Of a stretch of 64,000 nucleotides of DNA, positions 12,500-30,470 are shown in pieces. This DNA is from Eledone cirrhosa. Its lineage: Eukaryota. Position numbers and translations under genes: made by a program. The notes beneath the pieces are model-generated. The model searched no databases and had not been told where the DNA came from. It worked only from the letters and a program-made list of their open reading frames with translations. The DNA lies in assembly GCA_964016885.1 (NCBI GenBank), contig OZ024741.1:119908001-119972000 (forward strand), in the 5' to 3' direction. How positions within the stretch are numbered: the stretch's first letter is position 1; every line of letters begins with the position of its first letter.

Positions 12500-15130
12500 T
12501 ATGTTCTGCCGACACGGTGGTCTCACCTCCGCAACTCATTACCGCCCGGCGTTGGGTTGTATCGTCTTCCGCAGGCGTGGCGGCCGCTGCACGGGCCGGG
12601 TTGTAGTTGGAGGACCGGTCTGCGAGGGTCCCTCCCGGCTCCGATGGACGGTCATTCGGCCGCCGCTGTTGCCAGTCGAGGTTCCCCATCTTCGCCGCGT
12701 TGGTTTTGGCTATGTAGTCGGCCATGTTAGGTACGATGGAAAAGGAGAACTTCACCGTGTGGCGGTTGAAAATCTTGTGGTATTTGCTCGACGGCGGGAG
12801 GCACTCGTCTAACGCTCGGAAGAAGAGGCCTGGTACATTTCTGCATACATGCTTAGAATACGGCGCGTCGGCAGAACACCGTGTCGGCAGAACATCACCC
12901 AGAGAATCGGGAGAGGGCCCTTGGCAGATCAAGGGCCAGGCATCCGAAACGAACAATATAACGATAGAACCTGCAACTGCAGAGCGGGTACACAGTGCCC
13001 CCTACAGGGAAGATGCCTAACGAAGGGCCTGGTATATAAATGTGTGGTTAGCACGCACAATATAAAGCGCACCTACATCGGAGTAACATCCACGACTTTT
13101 AAATTGTGGATGTATAACCACACGAACTCTTTCAAGGACCGGAGCAAGAGGCACTCAACTAGGCTGGCGGACCTGGTGTGGGACTTGAAAGACAAAGGCA
13201 CCTCGTATGCCCTTAACTGGAGTATCGTTCGGCACGCGAGTGCTTATTCGGCTGGAAATAGAAAGTGCAGGCTATGCCTATCCGAGGCCATGGAGATAGT
13301 CAGACTGAAGGATGATGCGGTCAACCTGAAATCAGAAATATTCATGACGTGCAGACACCAGAGAATGTGCACACTCTCCGCATGGAATCCACCGAGCAGC
13401 CCAAGCTAAAAGCAGGCGGCGGAGCGCACGCCGACCAAAGCGGCGAAACGGGTCAAGAGATCAGACACGATACCCCGTTGACCATATATGCAGGTGTATC
13501 TTTTCAATAGAGAGTGCATACCCTCCACGTATTTCTTTTTGTAACACCTAACGCATTTTCCGTATGCAGACCCACGTGTGTTTATCATTCTTATCTTGTG
13601 TACAACCTCATATGCATACACGTTCCTTCTGTTTTTTTAAAAAATATATATTCTGTACGCATTTTCTTTGTACGGTCTGAGCATACTATGTACTGTAATA
13701 CCATGAACGCCCATTATGTGGCCTTGCGCGAAGATTCCATACATGGATTGATCCATGGTCGCAACGTAACAACATACAACTGGGTGCACTCTTTCATGTA
13801 TAGAACAGTGTGTATCTCTATGTGCCGTTATATGTATATTTTTAATATTGTTAATATTGTTAATATTTTTAATATTTTTAATATATCTTATATTTTATTT
13901 TATTTTTTCTATATATGTATATGCGTATATGTATGTATATGTATATATATATGTGTATGTATGTATTTTTCATATGTGTACATGTTTATAACAAGATGCA
14001 TCCTTTCATGTACGACCCATTGTGTATCTTTATATGACTTTGTGTGTTTATTCTGTTTATGTGTATATATATATGTATAGATATATATATATGTATAATA
14101 TTATTCAAATCCCGCCGAGGCTGACTTTGCCTTTCATCTTTACGGGGTCGATAAAATAAAGTACCAGTAATGTACTGGGTAATTGCTGGCCTTGTGCCTA
14201 AAGTAGAAACAATTATATATATTTTTTAATATATTTTTTTATGCGCGCGTGGGTGTGTATGGGAATATGCGCATATTTGTAGGAGTGTATATGGGCCTGT
14301 GTGTACAAGCACCCCTGTAGGGAAAGGGCTTGTTTCTGTGTGTGTGTGTATATATATATATATGCGTGTTTACGAGCGAGTGTGTATCTGCGTGTATATA
14401 TGGGTACGTGTGTATATATATGTGTGTGTGTGCGTGGGTGGAGGGGGGGGGGGTCTACGTACATGTCTGTACGTGTTTGTGTGTACGTGAATACATACGC
14501 GTATGCATTTGTATGAGCATATGTGTGTGCGTGTTTATGTATATAGGCCTGTGGGCATGTGTCTATGTATATACGTACCTCTCTGGATGAATGTATGCGT
14601 ATGTTTATATGTTTATATGTTCTCTTTAATGTGTGGGTATAGCGGGAGCCCATGCGTACGACTGTCGGTATCTATGTGGTTGTGTGTGTGTGTGTATGTG
14701 ATTGTGTGTGGATGAGTGGATGTGTGGACTACCAAACACAGCAGTAATTCATTGAAGCGCAGCAGACATGCGACAGCGAAATAATACCTGTGGTCAGTAT
14801 TTATGATGACGTAGGCAACCAGCGGCCAATCACTGGACGCGCGAAATGGATGAAGATTTTGTCAGTACTGGCCCATAGGGTCAGATAACCCAGTGGAAGA
14901 ATATGCCCCGAAATCATTAGACGTGTCCGTCGAACCTGCGGGTCCAGAATCAGACAGATCCACACAATGATCGCGTCTCGAGCTGTCCGCCGGCGAAACA
15001 ATTGTAACACAATAAATTGAGTTCAGATGCATCACTGATTTTTCGTTATATATTATATCATGCTCTGCTCTGAAAGAGCATAGAGTGCTCAACCGCCATA
15101 CCACCTATGGAAGCATCTTAGCTACCATCC
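12500..15130 (+). mobile_element. Truncated Naiad-like Penelope element: inverted 5' segment, GIY-YIG ORF, microsatellite-rich 3' region and pLTR with degenerate HHR (14922-15010)
   Basis: 12890-13409 (+) encodes CNCR..CPLQGRCL..LVYKC..TYIGVT..CRLCLSE..CRH. 12520-12870 (-) encodes FFRALDECLP..HKIFNRHTVKFSFS..PNM (the upstream PLE linker). The pLTR is homologous to 6440-6700. Confidence 0.8.
14103..14213 (+). mobile_element. SINE family 1, 3' half
   Basis: ttcaaatcccgccgagg..ctttgcctttcatc..gtcgataaaataaagtaccagt core. Confidence 0.75.
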
Positions 15131-15720
<590 letters not shown>

Positions 15721-15724
<4 letters not shown>

Positions 15725-16256
15725 CTTTCTCTGTATCTTTACCCTCTCTAGCAGTCACTCTCTCTGTTAGCCTCTTCCTCACCCTTCACTCACTCATTCT
15801 CTGTTACTACCTCTCCTCCTCCTCCTTCTTCCCGTTTGACCTGTGCGTAATTCTTTTCTTTCGCACCCTTGGTCTGGCAGGTCGCTTTTTTTCTCTCTCT
15901 CGTCTACGATTTCACAGAACTTACGTTCACCGAAATCACAGACTAGATCCCTTCTTCCTCCCGTTAGACCTGTACGGAATTCCTTCCTTACTCACATTCC
16001 AACCAGGTTTGATGGTCTTTATTCTCTCTCGTTCACGATTTCACCGAATTTAAATTCATAGAAATTTGGGACTTGACTCCTTCTTCCTCACTTTTCGTTG
16101 CTTCACCATTTTTGTTTGTTTACACTCGTGTCACCTTTATTTACGTGTCCCAACGACTTTTTTTAGCCGTTGCTCGCACCAACCGGAGGTATATGGTCTT
16201 TAAAGCGATGAAATACCAATGATGGTTGGAAGATCACTGATGAAGGACTAACTTTA

Positions 16257-16260
<4 letters not shown>
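15721..16260 (+). mobile_element. Pyrimidine-rich element with ~125-bp internal repeats ending in a half-HHR (CTGATGA); family shared with 5815-5915 (-)
   Basis: Repeats at ~15826, 15951 and 16078. The segment ggttggaagatcaCTGATGAaggactaa is also present in reverse at 5829-5860. Confidence 0.55.
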
Positions 16261-20167
<3,907 letters not shown>

Positions 20168-20173
<6 letters not shown>

Positions 20174-20747
20174 TGTACTTATTTGTTAGATAGAATACGC
20201 TAGAATTTTCTTTATGAGTTCACTTTTAATGCCACGTATAATGTATTGCATGAGTATATACAATACACACCCATATATATTATATATATATATACAGATA
20301 AATCCACCACTCAACGGTAGGGTCTAAACCGTATAAAGAACTCAATGTAATCCGTATGTAGAAGATGTCGTGATCCAAAGTTTAAAATACAAACATTTTT
20401 TTTATCAACGATATAATTCAGTTGGATACAGAGTCAAAATAGAAATATTAAAACAATGAAATTAAACACAAAACTGTTAATTCATAGTAAAACACATTAT
20501 TTTACGATCGTTTCTGGGGGTAGTCCTCTGCATGTTCATTTAATTATTGATCTATGTAAAACATATTACAAAATATTATAGTGAGAAAAGAATACATACG
20601 TCTTCACTACCCGCCGTCTTCAGAAATAATGTAATATGTTTTACATAGATCAATAATTAAATGAACATGCAGAGGACTACCCCCCAGAAACGATCGTAAA
20701 ATAATGTGTTTTACTATGAATTAACAGTTTTGTGTTTAATTTCATTG

Positions 20748-20817
<70 letters not shown>

Positions 20818-20980
20818 TGTGTATTGTATATACTCATGCAATACATTATACGTGGCATTAAAAGTGAACTCATAAAGAAAACTCTAGCGTATTCTATCTA
20901 ACAAATAAGTACAATATAATATACAATACATAAGACATGTGATCTACTGTGTTGAAGTAATTTTTGGTTTTGTCTTTTTT
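20168..20980. mobile_element. Nested hairpin elements: outer arms 20168-20270/20817-20918; inner element 20296-20755 with HHR 20495-20631 (-)
   Basis: Inner minus strand: cattattt-CTGAAGA-cggcgggtagt...actacccccca-GAAA-cgatcg-TA-aaataatg. Confidence 0.8.
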
Positions 20981-21267
20981 ATTTCTCTAGACATTTATAC
21001 ATTGCTAAAAGAAAAATAAAAGAATATGTATTTATGGTGAATTCTATTGATATTTCCTTTATAAAAACCGGCCATGTGTTCCTATAGTTACAGAGGGAAT
21101 ATAGATTAAAATGTGCTTCCCAGACACTCAACGAAATACCTGCAGGATATTTGAACTCGCAATCCATTAGCAAGTTGCAGAAAGTCTTAACGATTCTGCC
21201 ATTTCTCTGGTAGATAGTTCGGCAGGTAACTATACATGTAGATAGAGAGATAGAGAGACAGATATAT

Positions 21268-24178
21268 TTCTTTATTTGCCACAAGGGCGCACAAGAAAAG
21301 GGGACAATACAAAGACACATGCCGGGGATTTTACATACAGTCGTGTAAAAATATTGAAACAAACAATTATAACAATCGAAATCCCCAATAGGGGGGAAGC
21401 ACCACAAATGGGTTGTTTAATACCACGTCTATAGAACAACCCTCAACCTCAGGAGCGTGTTGTGAAAGTGCTCCTTCTTCCTTTTGCTCTCTTCTTTAAC
21501 CTTGCAGGCTTATAAACAGAAAAGGCCCAATCACTCGGGCCATTTTCGCTTCATTCACCCACCTTTCAGTAAATTTACTGTGGTGCAGTGCCTCTCTCTC
21601 CACTTTGATTCTCCTTCTAAAGTGATACTTAAAGAAGCGAATCAATTGTTGTCCGGAGAGAAAGGCATCTGTCCTCAGTCCTCTCAATCTCGTCCACCAT
21701 ATAACCTCTTTCACCATAGCCACTGTACAGAGGAAAACCGCCTCTCTTTCGTTTTTGAAAGAGGCTGGCGGTTTGATCCTTACTATGGACTCGGCAGTCA
21801 ACTGGATTTGTCCCATACGCGACAGCAATTGTTCTGCATAGTTCCACAGGTCGCTTACGCCTGGGCAGTGTACATTTGCGTGCAGGACGGTTTCAATGTC
21901 CTGCGCGCATCTTGGACACGTCCTCTTGGAAGGATCCCTACCGGGGCGTCCGTGCCTGTAGATCTTATCTCGAAAGGGTAGAGCTCCTCGGTAGCACTGC
22001 CAGGCCAGGGACCTCTAGAAGTTGTCCATAGATCCCGGGCGGAAAGCCCTACCGAACAGACTGGTGAGCTCGTTGTCTTCGACGCCTAGAGTTTCCCCGA
22101 GCACGTCGTCGCACTTGTAAAGTACTAACCCTCTATAGAATGTCGAAGTGGAGTCTCCACTGATTGCTGTGCCCGCTTGACAGAGGACTGTGAGCGCCTG
22201 GGCGCATTCAATGTGCCAGCCCCCCATCGTTTTCTGTCTTCGTTTGACCCAGGACTGCAGCTCCGTCAGCGAGACAAGTTGTGGGAAGGCCTGTCTCACA
22301 AACGGTGCCCACACCAGTTGGTCGGTGAGGAATACCTGGAGATGCCGTAGCCTCAGCGCATGTTTGCGCATCATTACCACGGCATGCCCAGCCCTCCGTT
22401 GGAAGGGTGTTGACAGCAGACGGATCTCCTCACCAGTGGAGCCTGCTTCTTCTATAGGAACTGGAAGAGCATGCGTTCCATCTTGGTGAGGTATTCACGG
22501 GGACAAGGCACGACAGTCAAGCGGTAGTAGATGACGGACGCTATGAAAGTCTTCGCCACCTCCGCTCGACCTTTCAAAGACAGTTTACACTTTGCCCACT
22601 TCTGGGTGAGCGCAAATACCTTAGCCATGACCTCGCTCCAGTTTTTCTCCACCTGGAGGTCTGAACCGAACCAGACTCCGACCAATTTCACCGGTCCTTC
22701 CGTCCAGCGTCCGACGACGCTGTCGGACGGCATCGTTTTGCCTCTCCACGTTCCGAGTTGAAAACCGACAGACTCGTCCGGGTTCAGTTTTGCTCCTGTG
22801 AACCTTTTGTATTCCTGTAGTAGGTTGCCGATTACCTCGATTTCCGAGGTTTTCGACACCATTACCGTCCCGTCGTCGTCATCAGCCGACGCCGCTTTTC
22901 GCAGTCCCAGTTCTAAAGGTATGCCCTGCAAAAGCTCCAACCTCCGCAGTAGTGGCTCTAGAGTCAATACGTACAGAATGGAGGAGAGAAGGCATCCCTG
23001 CCGAATGGAACGAGGGATTGCGAACGGCTCCGATAGGTAGCCGTTCACATTGACCTTCGAGCAGATGCTGGTGTGCATCGCTTTGATCCAGCCTCTGAAA
23101 ACGGGACCGAATCGTGGACTTGTTGCCACTTTTCGCTTCCGCCACTCGGGCCCAACTAACAGCTTTTACTCCCTGATTTCCTATAGCACGTGATTTACTT
23201 CTGACCACGCAGCCTTCGTGTTTCGCGTCGAAGAACTGGTCCAGTGCCGTTCTCGATGCTAGCACTCTAGCTGCGTTGCCACTCCTAAGCGCCTCTTCTA
23301 CCTTGGCTACTAGTTCTGTTTCTGATTTGTTTTCTCTAAAGCTAATTCTCTGCTAAACCCTATCGATTCTACTCTAATTGCTCTCTTGAGAGAGTACCAC
23401 TATCTATTGTTGACAATGGCTACCGTCAACTCTTGCTTAACTAATCTACTTATCCGTTCACTGTAGGCTTTTCGTGCCGGCAAAGACACGTTCAGCTTTC
23501 AGTATCCGGGTCCTTGTCTATGTATTCTATCACGGTTGACTATGCAGACGACTAGTTTGTCATCTGAATAGGCAATCATGTGCATTTGTGGACAGCTTAA
23601 CATCTTCTTGTCCTTCTCTCTAATGAAAAACCTATCTAGATACGACCTAGATGTCCCGCTGCGGTTTGCCCACGTCCACTGTGGTGCAGTCGGGAAATCT
23701 AGTCGATATCTATCGGCCAGTTGGAATTGGCCGATTAGATTTTTGAGGTTGTTGCAGCCCGCTCTACTGGGACATCCTCCCACATAGTCCCATCGTGCAT
23801 CTAGGATACCATTCCAGTCCCCCACTAAAAGCAAGGAGCGAGACGTTCCCAGAAAAGACTCTAGACGCTTAAAGAAGTCTGGCCGCGATTGTGATTGCCC
23901 GGTTGGGGCATAAACGGTCACAAGTCTGAAGGCTCCACCTTCAATACTGTTCACGTCTAGGACTACCAGTCTACCTTCCGGGTCCAAGTGTACTTGCTGT
24001 ACTTCGAGATCCAGGTTTTTACGAAACATGACAGTCATTCCCTCTCCACCTCCCGGCTGACAGAGAGATGCGTAGATATCAAAGTCATTGAAGATGGGGG
24101 TTAGTTGCTGCCTGTTGTGGATCCTGGACTCGGTGATGGCTATTACATCTATACCGTGTGACCTAAGGTCGTTTAAAA
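21268..24178 (-). mobile_element. Tx1/L1-clade LINE, internally deleted ORF2 (APE endonuclease, RT and C-terminus)
   Basis: IDVIAITES..LVTVYAPT..LLVGDWN..SYLDRF..YSDDKLV (APE) and SIRQGCLLSSILYVLTLEPLL..ADDD (RT). Simple-repeat tail at ~21240. Confidence 0.88.
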
Positions 24179-24180
24179 TG

Positions 24181-24241
<61 letters not shown>

Positions 24242-24652
24242 TAGGTCGTCAAGTATGAAATTTGTAGAAGTTTTTTTTTTTCCTACAGATATCTACAAAT
24301 TTCATACTTGGCGATCCAATATATGTAATATATATTTGTGAAATGGGTGGTGGTTGAAATTCAGTTGTACACGGTTAAATGGTAGTAGACGTAGTCGGAC
24401 GGACATGAAAATTTACACACCTATGTAAAATGTGCCACGAAGCAAATAAAGGAGGTTTCAAATCTCTAACTTGAAAAATATGGTCCCTGGGGCCTCAAAA
24501 CTGTCTATTTACTATCGCGTTCGGTGAGTTATTTCCCCCTGTTCTAATACTTTTGTCTTATTTACAATTTCATACAAATAAAGCAGTAAATAAAGGATTA
24601 TGAGTTCATGCAATTTACTTATGTTTCGTCACTATATATATATATATATATA

Positions 24653-24958
24653 TCAAGTAAGAATATTTTCGAAACAGCGAGTGGGTTTGAAATTATTAGA
24701 AATGTAAGCTCGTATTTTGACTAAAGAAATTAAAGAAATTATTTAGCCGGGTAGTGGGGTTAAGAACCCTCGGAGAAATGGAAAAAGATGAGTATTGACG
24801 TACATGGGAGTCGAACCCACATATTTGGTTATCCGGACCACTGTGCTACCATTTACACCAACACATGACCCGTCTTTTTCCATTCAAATTAGAACCTATA
24901 AACTTAGCGACTGTAATGTCAAGTAAGAATATTTTCGAAACAGCGAGTGTGTTTGAAG
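24653..24958 (-). repeat. tRNA-like-cassette-bearing partial tandem element (~266-bp unit); second locus at 38521-38933
   Basis: Minus strand TGGTGTAAATGGTAGCAC..GTGGGTTCGACTCCCA (A/B-box-like). Terminal direct redundancy tcaagtaagaatattttcgaaacagcgagtg. Confidence 0.6.
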
Positions 24959-25211
24959 CTTTACATACCGAAAATGTTGACATCTTTATAGGTAATCTTC
25001 GTTAAAGTTTACATTTAGGAAAATATTCAACAGAGTAAATTTTCCTTTCGCTGGCCAGGTAAATCCTTTAAATTTTATCCTCATAAAATTCTGAAGTTTA
25101 GAAATGTTAACACACTTATAGAATTTATAAAATTAATAAATATAAATAACCAGCAACTTTTAAAAAAACCTAAAATCTTGATTCTTCACCCTTAAAATAA
25201 CATATGTAAAA

Positions 25212-26930
25212 GCTTCAACTTCCACAGTAGTGGCTCGAGAGTCAGTACGTACAGAATGGAGGAGAAAGGGCATCGCTGTCGGATGGAACGCGTGATTCGG
25301 AACGGCTCCGATAGGTAGCCCTTCACCTTGACTGTCGAACAGATGTTGGTGTGCATGGCTGTGATCCAGCCTCTGAAGACGGGTCCGAAACCGGCCGCCT
25401 TCAGAACTGCTTCCAAGTATCGATGGTCGACTCTATCAAAAGCTTTAGACTGATCTAAATTGATCAGAACCTCACCGAAGCCGGGTTTACACCCACCCTC
25501 TCTATGATTTATCGCATGAGGTAGAGGTTGTCATGTATGGAACTGGTTGAGATTGCACGAGTTTGTGCTTTCCCCACCAAGTTCTCGACGACAAACGCCA
25601 GCCTCGCTGCTAACACCTTGGCCAAAATCTTTAACTCTGTGTTTAGGAGAGTTAAACGCCTGAAATTGCCTATTTCGTCCCCTTTGTTCTCGTCTATCCT
25701 GATCAGCGTTACTACGCCCCTGCCTACAGAACCGGAAATTCTCCCGTTCTGCTGCCAGTTACAGTAGACAACTTCGAGGGCGCCAGAGAACAAGTCCGGC
25801 ATGCCTATGTAAAACTGATGCTCGAGAGTCGCGGTAGGCCGTCGAGGTATGAACCAAAGTCCATTGCCTCATTCGGCGCACCGCTCTGCCCGAAGAGTTG
25901 TGCAAAGTGCTGCTGGAAGGCCGTGCACATCTGATTGGATTCAAGTAGCACGCGTCCGTTTTGGTCTTTCAAAGACCGAATCGTGGACTTGTTGCCACTT
26001 TTCGCCTCTGCCACTCGGGCCCAGCTAACAACTTTTGCTCCTTCGTTTCCTAGAGCACGTGATCTACTCCTGACAACGCAGCCTTCGTGTTTCGCGTCGA
26101 AGAACTGCTCCAGTGCCGTTCTCGTTACTAGCACGCTAGCTGCGTTGCCACTCCTAAGCGCCTCTTCTACTTTAGCCACAAGTTCTTTTTCTATTTTATC
26201 TTTTTCCAAAGCTAGTTCTTTGCTATGGATTCTAATCTAATTGTTCTCTTGAGAGAGCACCGCCAACTATTGTTGACGATGGCTCCCGTCAACGGGTGCT
26301 TAACTAAACTACTTATCCGTCTACTGTAGGCTTTGCGTCTGGCTTTTGAAAAGCACCGAAATGTTTCCGTATTGTTTGGCCCTTTGCTTAAAGTCAATGT
26401 CCGGCAAAGCCTCCTTCAAGACTGTTTCAACCTCACTTGAGTGAGAAATGCTGTTTTTTTTAATGTGTCCTGAAAATGACTTCCTTGCGAAGAGTCTGAG
26501 CACGAATTTCGGGGGGTGAATTTATTTTAAACCCTCCCTTTTCTTCAAACATAATGTGTTTTCTCTTCCTTCACTGATCACTTCTTTCGCATGAGAAATG
26601 TCCAAATGAATGAAGTGTTGTTGGCTGGCTGCAGTTTCAGCGAAAGATCTTTTCTTGTTGTTGTTGTTGTTTTCTTCAATTGCTGTTTCGTTTTTGGTGG
26701 GGGAATTTGTCTGTATAATTGTGGTGTGTTTTTCCTATTTAGTATCTAGTGTATTTAGTGTAACATTATTTTCTTTACGAAAATTAAATATGTTGCTGTC
26801 AACAGACGTTGGTATAGCAACATCTATAGAGGCAGACGAGTTAGCGACATTCAAGTCTACACCCCCTTGCCCATTTGTAGTAACAGTTTCTAGCGTTTGT
26901 TGTTCACGGCTCATTTTTTGTGTGTGATTT
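25212..26930 (-). mobile_element. Tx1/L1-clade LINE fragment (RT region, linker and ORF1 remnant)
   Basis: NFRRLTLLNTELKILAKVLAARL, LDQSKAFDRVDH and SIRQRCPFSSILYVLTLEPLL. Shares sequence with 22920-23470. Confidence 0.8.
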
Positions 26931-27419
26931 TAAAAAACAAATTTGGGTGGGTGGGGGTGAGATGACCCTCCCGCTGACAATTCAGACGGAGTGGGGTCAA
27001 TCTATAAAATTATATATTTTTTAACAAGAAATTCTGGTTTTCTGCATGTAATATTGACAACAGATTTACCAACGAAGTGGCATACAGTTATTCCTATCCG
27101 TGATAGATTGATAGATATAGATTGAGAGAGTGTGAGAGAGAGAGGGAGAGAGAGAGAGAGGGAGAGGTGAGGGGGGATAGAGGGAAAACTCCGAAATGTA
27201 TTTAACTGACTTGGCTGAGGTGTAAGAGAGAAATAAACAAATAAAGAAAGGTTTTTTCTGGTAATTTATCTCGCCTAACGAGGCACATCAGATGGAATCT
27301 GATAAAATGTTAGATTTTTTCAAATATTTTGGGAGGAACTAAGAAGGAAAAAAAGGAAACTGCACCTTGGTTATTTGCCACTAGTATCGCTAACAGGATA
27401 TCTATCAAAATATCTGCTG

Positions 27420-27495
<76 letters not shown>

Positions 27496-27906
27496 AGACA
27501 CACACAGACACACACATATACACAGACACACACACACACATATATACACACACTCACACACACACTCATATACACACACACTCACATAGACACAGACACA
27601 CACAAACATACACACACATATACACACACATTCACACACACAAACTCACACACATACACACACAGACCCATACACACACGCACACTCAGGCACACTCACA
27701 CACAGACACACACACACACGCACTCACACACACACACACTCACACACACACATATTCACACACACATTCACACATATGCACACTCACACACACACGTACA
27801 CACACATACATACACTCACACGCACATTCACACAGACACACACACCCACTCAGACTCACACACACACAGACACACACACACTCACACACACATATTTATT
27901 ATTCCC

Positions 27907-28128
27907 AGGGTGGTGGATTGGCAGTATCGGTAGAGCGTCGAGCAACGTGCTTTGTGGCATATAGTTACGACTTTTTACTTTCTGAGTTCAAATCCCGCCG
28001 AGCTTAGCTTTACCTTCCATCCTTACGGGGTCGATAAAATAAAGCACCAGTAACACACTGGGGTCGATTTAATCGACTTTCCCCTTCCCTTCAAATTGCT
28101 GGCCTTGTGTCAAATGTAGAAATAATAA
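27907..28128 (+). mobile_element. SINE family 1
   Basis: Full head and core, matching 8747-8963. Confidence 0.8.
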
Positions 28129-28949
28129 TTTATTATTCACGATATATTTCTATTTTGATTCTCCGAAAACTTCGAAAGTATAAGAGAGTTTAGCTTTTCT
28201 CCATACAGCTTGTGCTGGAGTTGTTACAACAGTGCCTGAAATTACAATGGAATGGTCATGCTTGGGACACTTTGATCATAGGAATCCTACATTAACATTG
28301 ACATGGGGCTTAATAACAACAATAGGCCCCACAACACCACAACCAACACTAATCCCCCGCCCCCTCCAAACCACCACCACCGCCACGAAGATGTCTATTA
28401 AAAAACATCGGTAACAATAAAACACCCCCCAAATCATCACCAGTAACAACATCACCCCTCAAAACCACCACCAACAACAATATCTCCCCTTTCCCCCAAA
28501 CAACAAAAAATGGCAAACTAGTATAAAATGAAGAAACAAAATCCTGCCACAAGGAACGATGAGGAAATTGTAGACAATTATTTTACTTGATGAAAATTAG
28601 TTACGATTCAACAAAGTGTGAAATCAGCTTGTCTAGTAGATTGGGGACTGAGCTACTGATCCTAATGTCGGTCGTGAATTTAATTCTCAGACCGGGTGGC
28701 GTGCTGTATCCTTGAACAAAAACATTCACTTTCACATTGATCTTGTTCACTCGTCTTGTTCAACTCATTTAATCCGATGCCCTAATGACTGTCAATTCAG
28801 AACCTTTCTGATTCATTTATGCAAAGCTTATTACTGTAGAAACATATATAACGACATATGAAACTGCAGCATCTGGCATAGGCAAGAACCAAACATTCCT
28901 ATAGGAGCACTTATATTTCTACGTATTTGAAAACAAAATGTTTGAGTAA

Positions 28950-29153
28950 TACTTGTTTCTACGTTTGGCACTAGACCAGCAATTTAAAGAGAAGGGGAAA
29001 GTCGATTAAATCGACACCAATGCGTTACTGGTGTTTTATTTTATCGATCCTGTAAAGTTGACAAGTAAAGCTAACCGCAGCGGAATTTGAACTCAGAACA
29101 CAAATGGCCGTTGCTATATGCCACACCAGATATCGGATGTTCTACCGATACTG
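28950..29153 (-). mobile_element. SINE family 1
   Basis: Reverse complement of the same head and core. Confidence 0.75.
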
Positions 29154-29699
29154 TATAAGTCAATAATGAAGCCTATAGTTTTAAGTTTGTTGATTTGAGG
29201 AACTGTAAGTAGGTACGTCCCATTTCCCGTAATAATTTGGCGCAGTTTCTGATAACTTTACACTCACACACACTCACAAGAGACACTCTCACATATACAG
29301 CACTCTCACACATACAGCACTCTCACACATACACACACAGATACACACACATCTGTATATTTATATAAACATGTAAAATTCCTCTGTTTTGAAAATAAGA
29401 TAAGAATTGTCAAATTAGACGTGCCTATGGACGAATTACTAAAAAGAAAGCAGATTTTTCCTTGCTTATTTCTGTTTTTCAGGAAAGAAGTGATAACTGT
29501 AGATAACTGTGTGTAACACACTCTTTAAGCAGAGGCGTTAGAACCTCGAATTACAGTGTTTGATCCAGCTCTGATATTAAATGTTATTTTCCTTCTTTCT
29601 AGGTCGGTAAATAAAATACCACTCCAATATTAGGTAGATTCTCACTCAATATCTCTTTCTCCCTTTTTCTCTCACTCTATATATTTCTATGGAAGAAAT

Positions 29700-30470
29700 G
29701 CACTATGTTCAGACTTGGTGAGAGATGGACCCCATTACGTTTAAAATAGACAAGTTACAGCGGCGCCCCTACGGCTGCATCAAAACTACAGAATCTATAG
29801 ATGGACAAGGTTAAAGAACTATATGTTTACTAAGATATCGATAGCAAGAAATTCAGTGAAGCTCTTAAACAACTGATAAGAAATGAGGAAAAATGGTGAT
29901 TATGTTGCATTTCGGTGGAAGTTGTTACATATGTGGCCAAGAGCTTCCACCACCCCTCCCTCAATATCGTTAAACAAGATGTTATTGCGAAAACATATAC
30001 AATGTCATTTGTAAGAGAGACTGTCCTGGCGTAACTATAAAAATATTTCTGTTGTTATGTACATCAATAAGTTTCAACAGAAAGAAATATTATTGGAACG
30101 TTTCTATCAAAACTTCTGTGAAATACATACATAACAAGACTTATATATTGTCACTTGAGATAGAAAAGAAAAGTCATGTACAGTTATAAAGATGAACTGC
30201 TTTACAGATGTGATCATTTCTTTCAAAATCAACGGGGAAGAGAATATGAAAGGACAGCCGTTTAGAAATCTACATCATCTATACCCAGATTATAAATTTA
30301 CATTTGTATCTATAGTTATTGATGCATTAACTAAACATGATAGTAATAATCTTGAAAACTTTGGTTTTCCGGCAGAGAAACTAAATATTCGAAACGAGTT
30401 CTTCAAAGTTCGAAGCAAAGAAGCGTTATATATCAAGGAAGGCCACCATTAGTTAGTCAGCCTTAAATCG
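29700..30470 (+). mobile_element. Highly degraded retroelement remnants (RLE-type non-LTR C-terminus, then a PLE GIY-YIG tail)
   Basis: WNVSIKTSVK, RNLHHLYPDYKFTFVSIVI and FFKVRSKEALYIK-like peptides in broken frames. Confidence 0.4.

Noticed and set aside
12849-13500. Selenoprotein or SECIS feature reported for some Naiad PLEs
   Set aside because: No in-frame TGA at Cys positions in the visible ORF and no convincing SECIS seen by eye.
24790-24870. Functional tRNA gene
   Set aside because: The anticodon arm and acceptor stem are poorly paired and it is embedded in a repeat unit, so it was treated as tRNA-derived.
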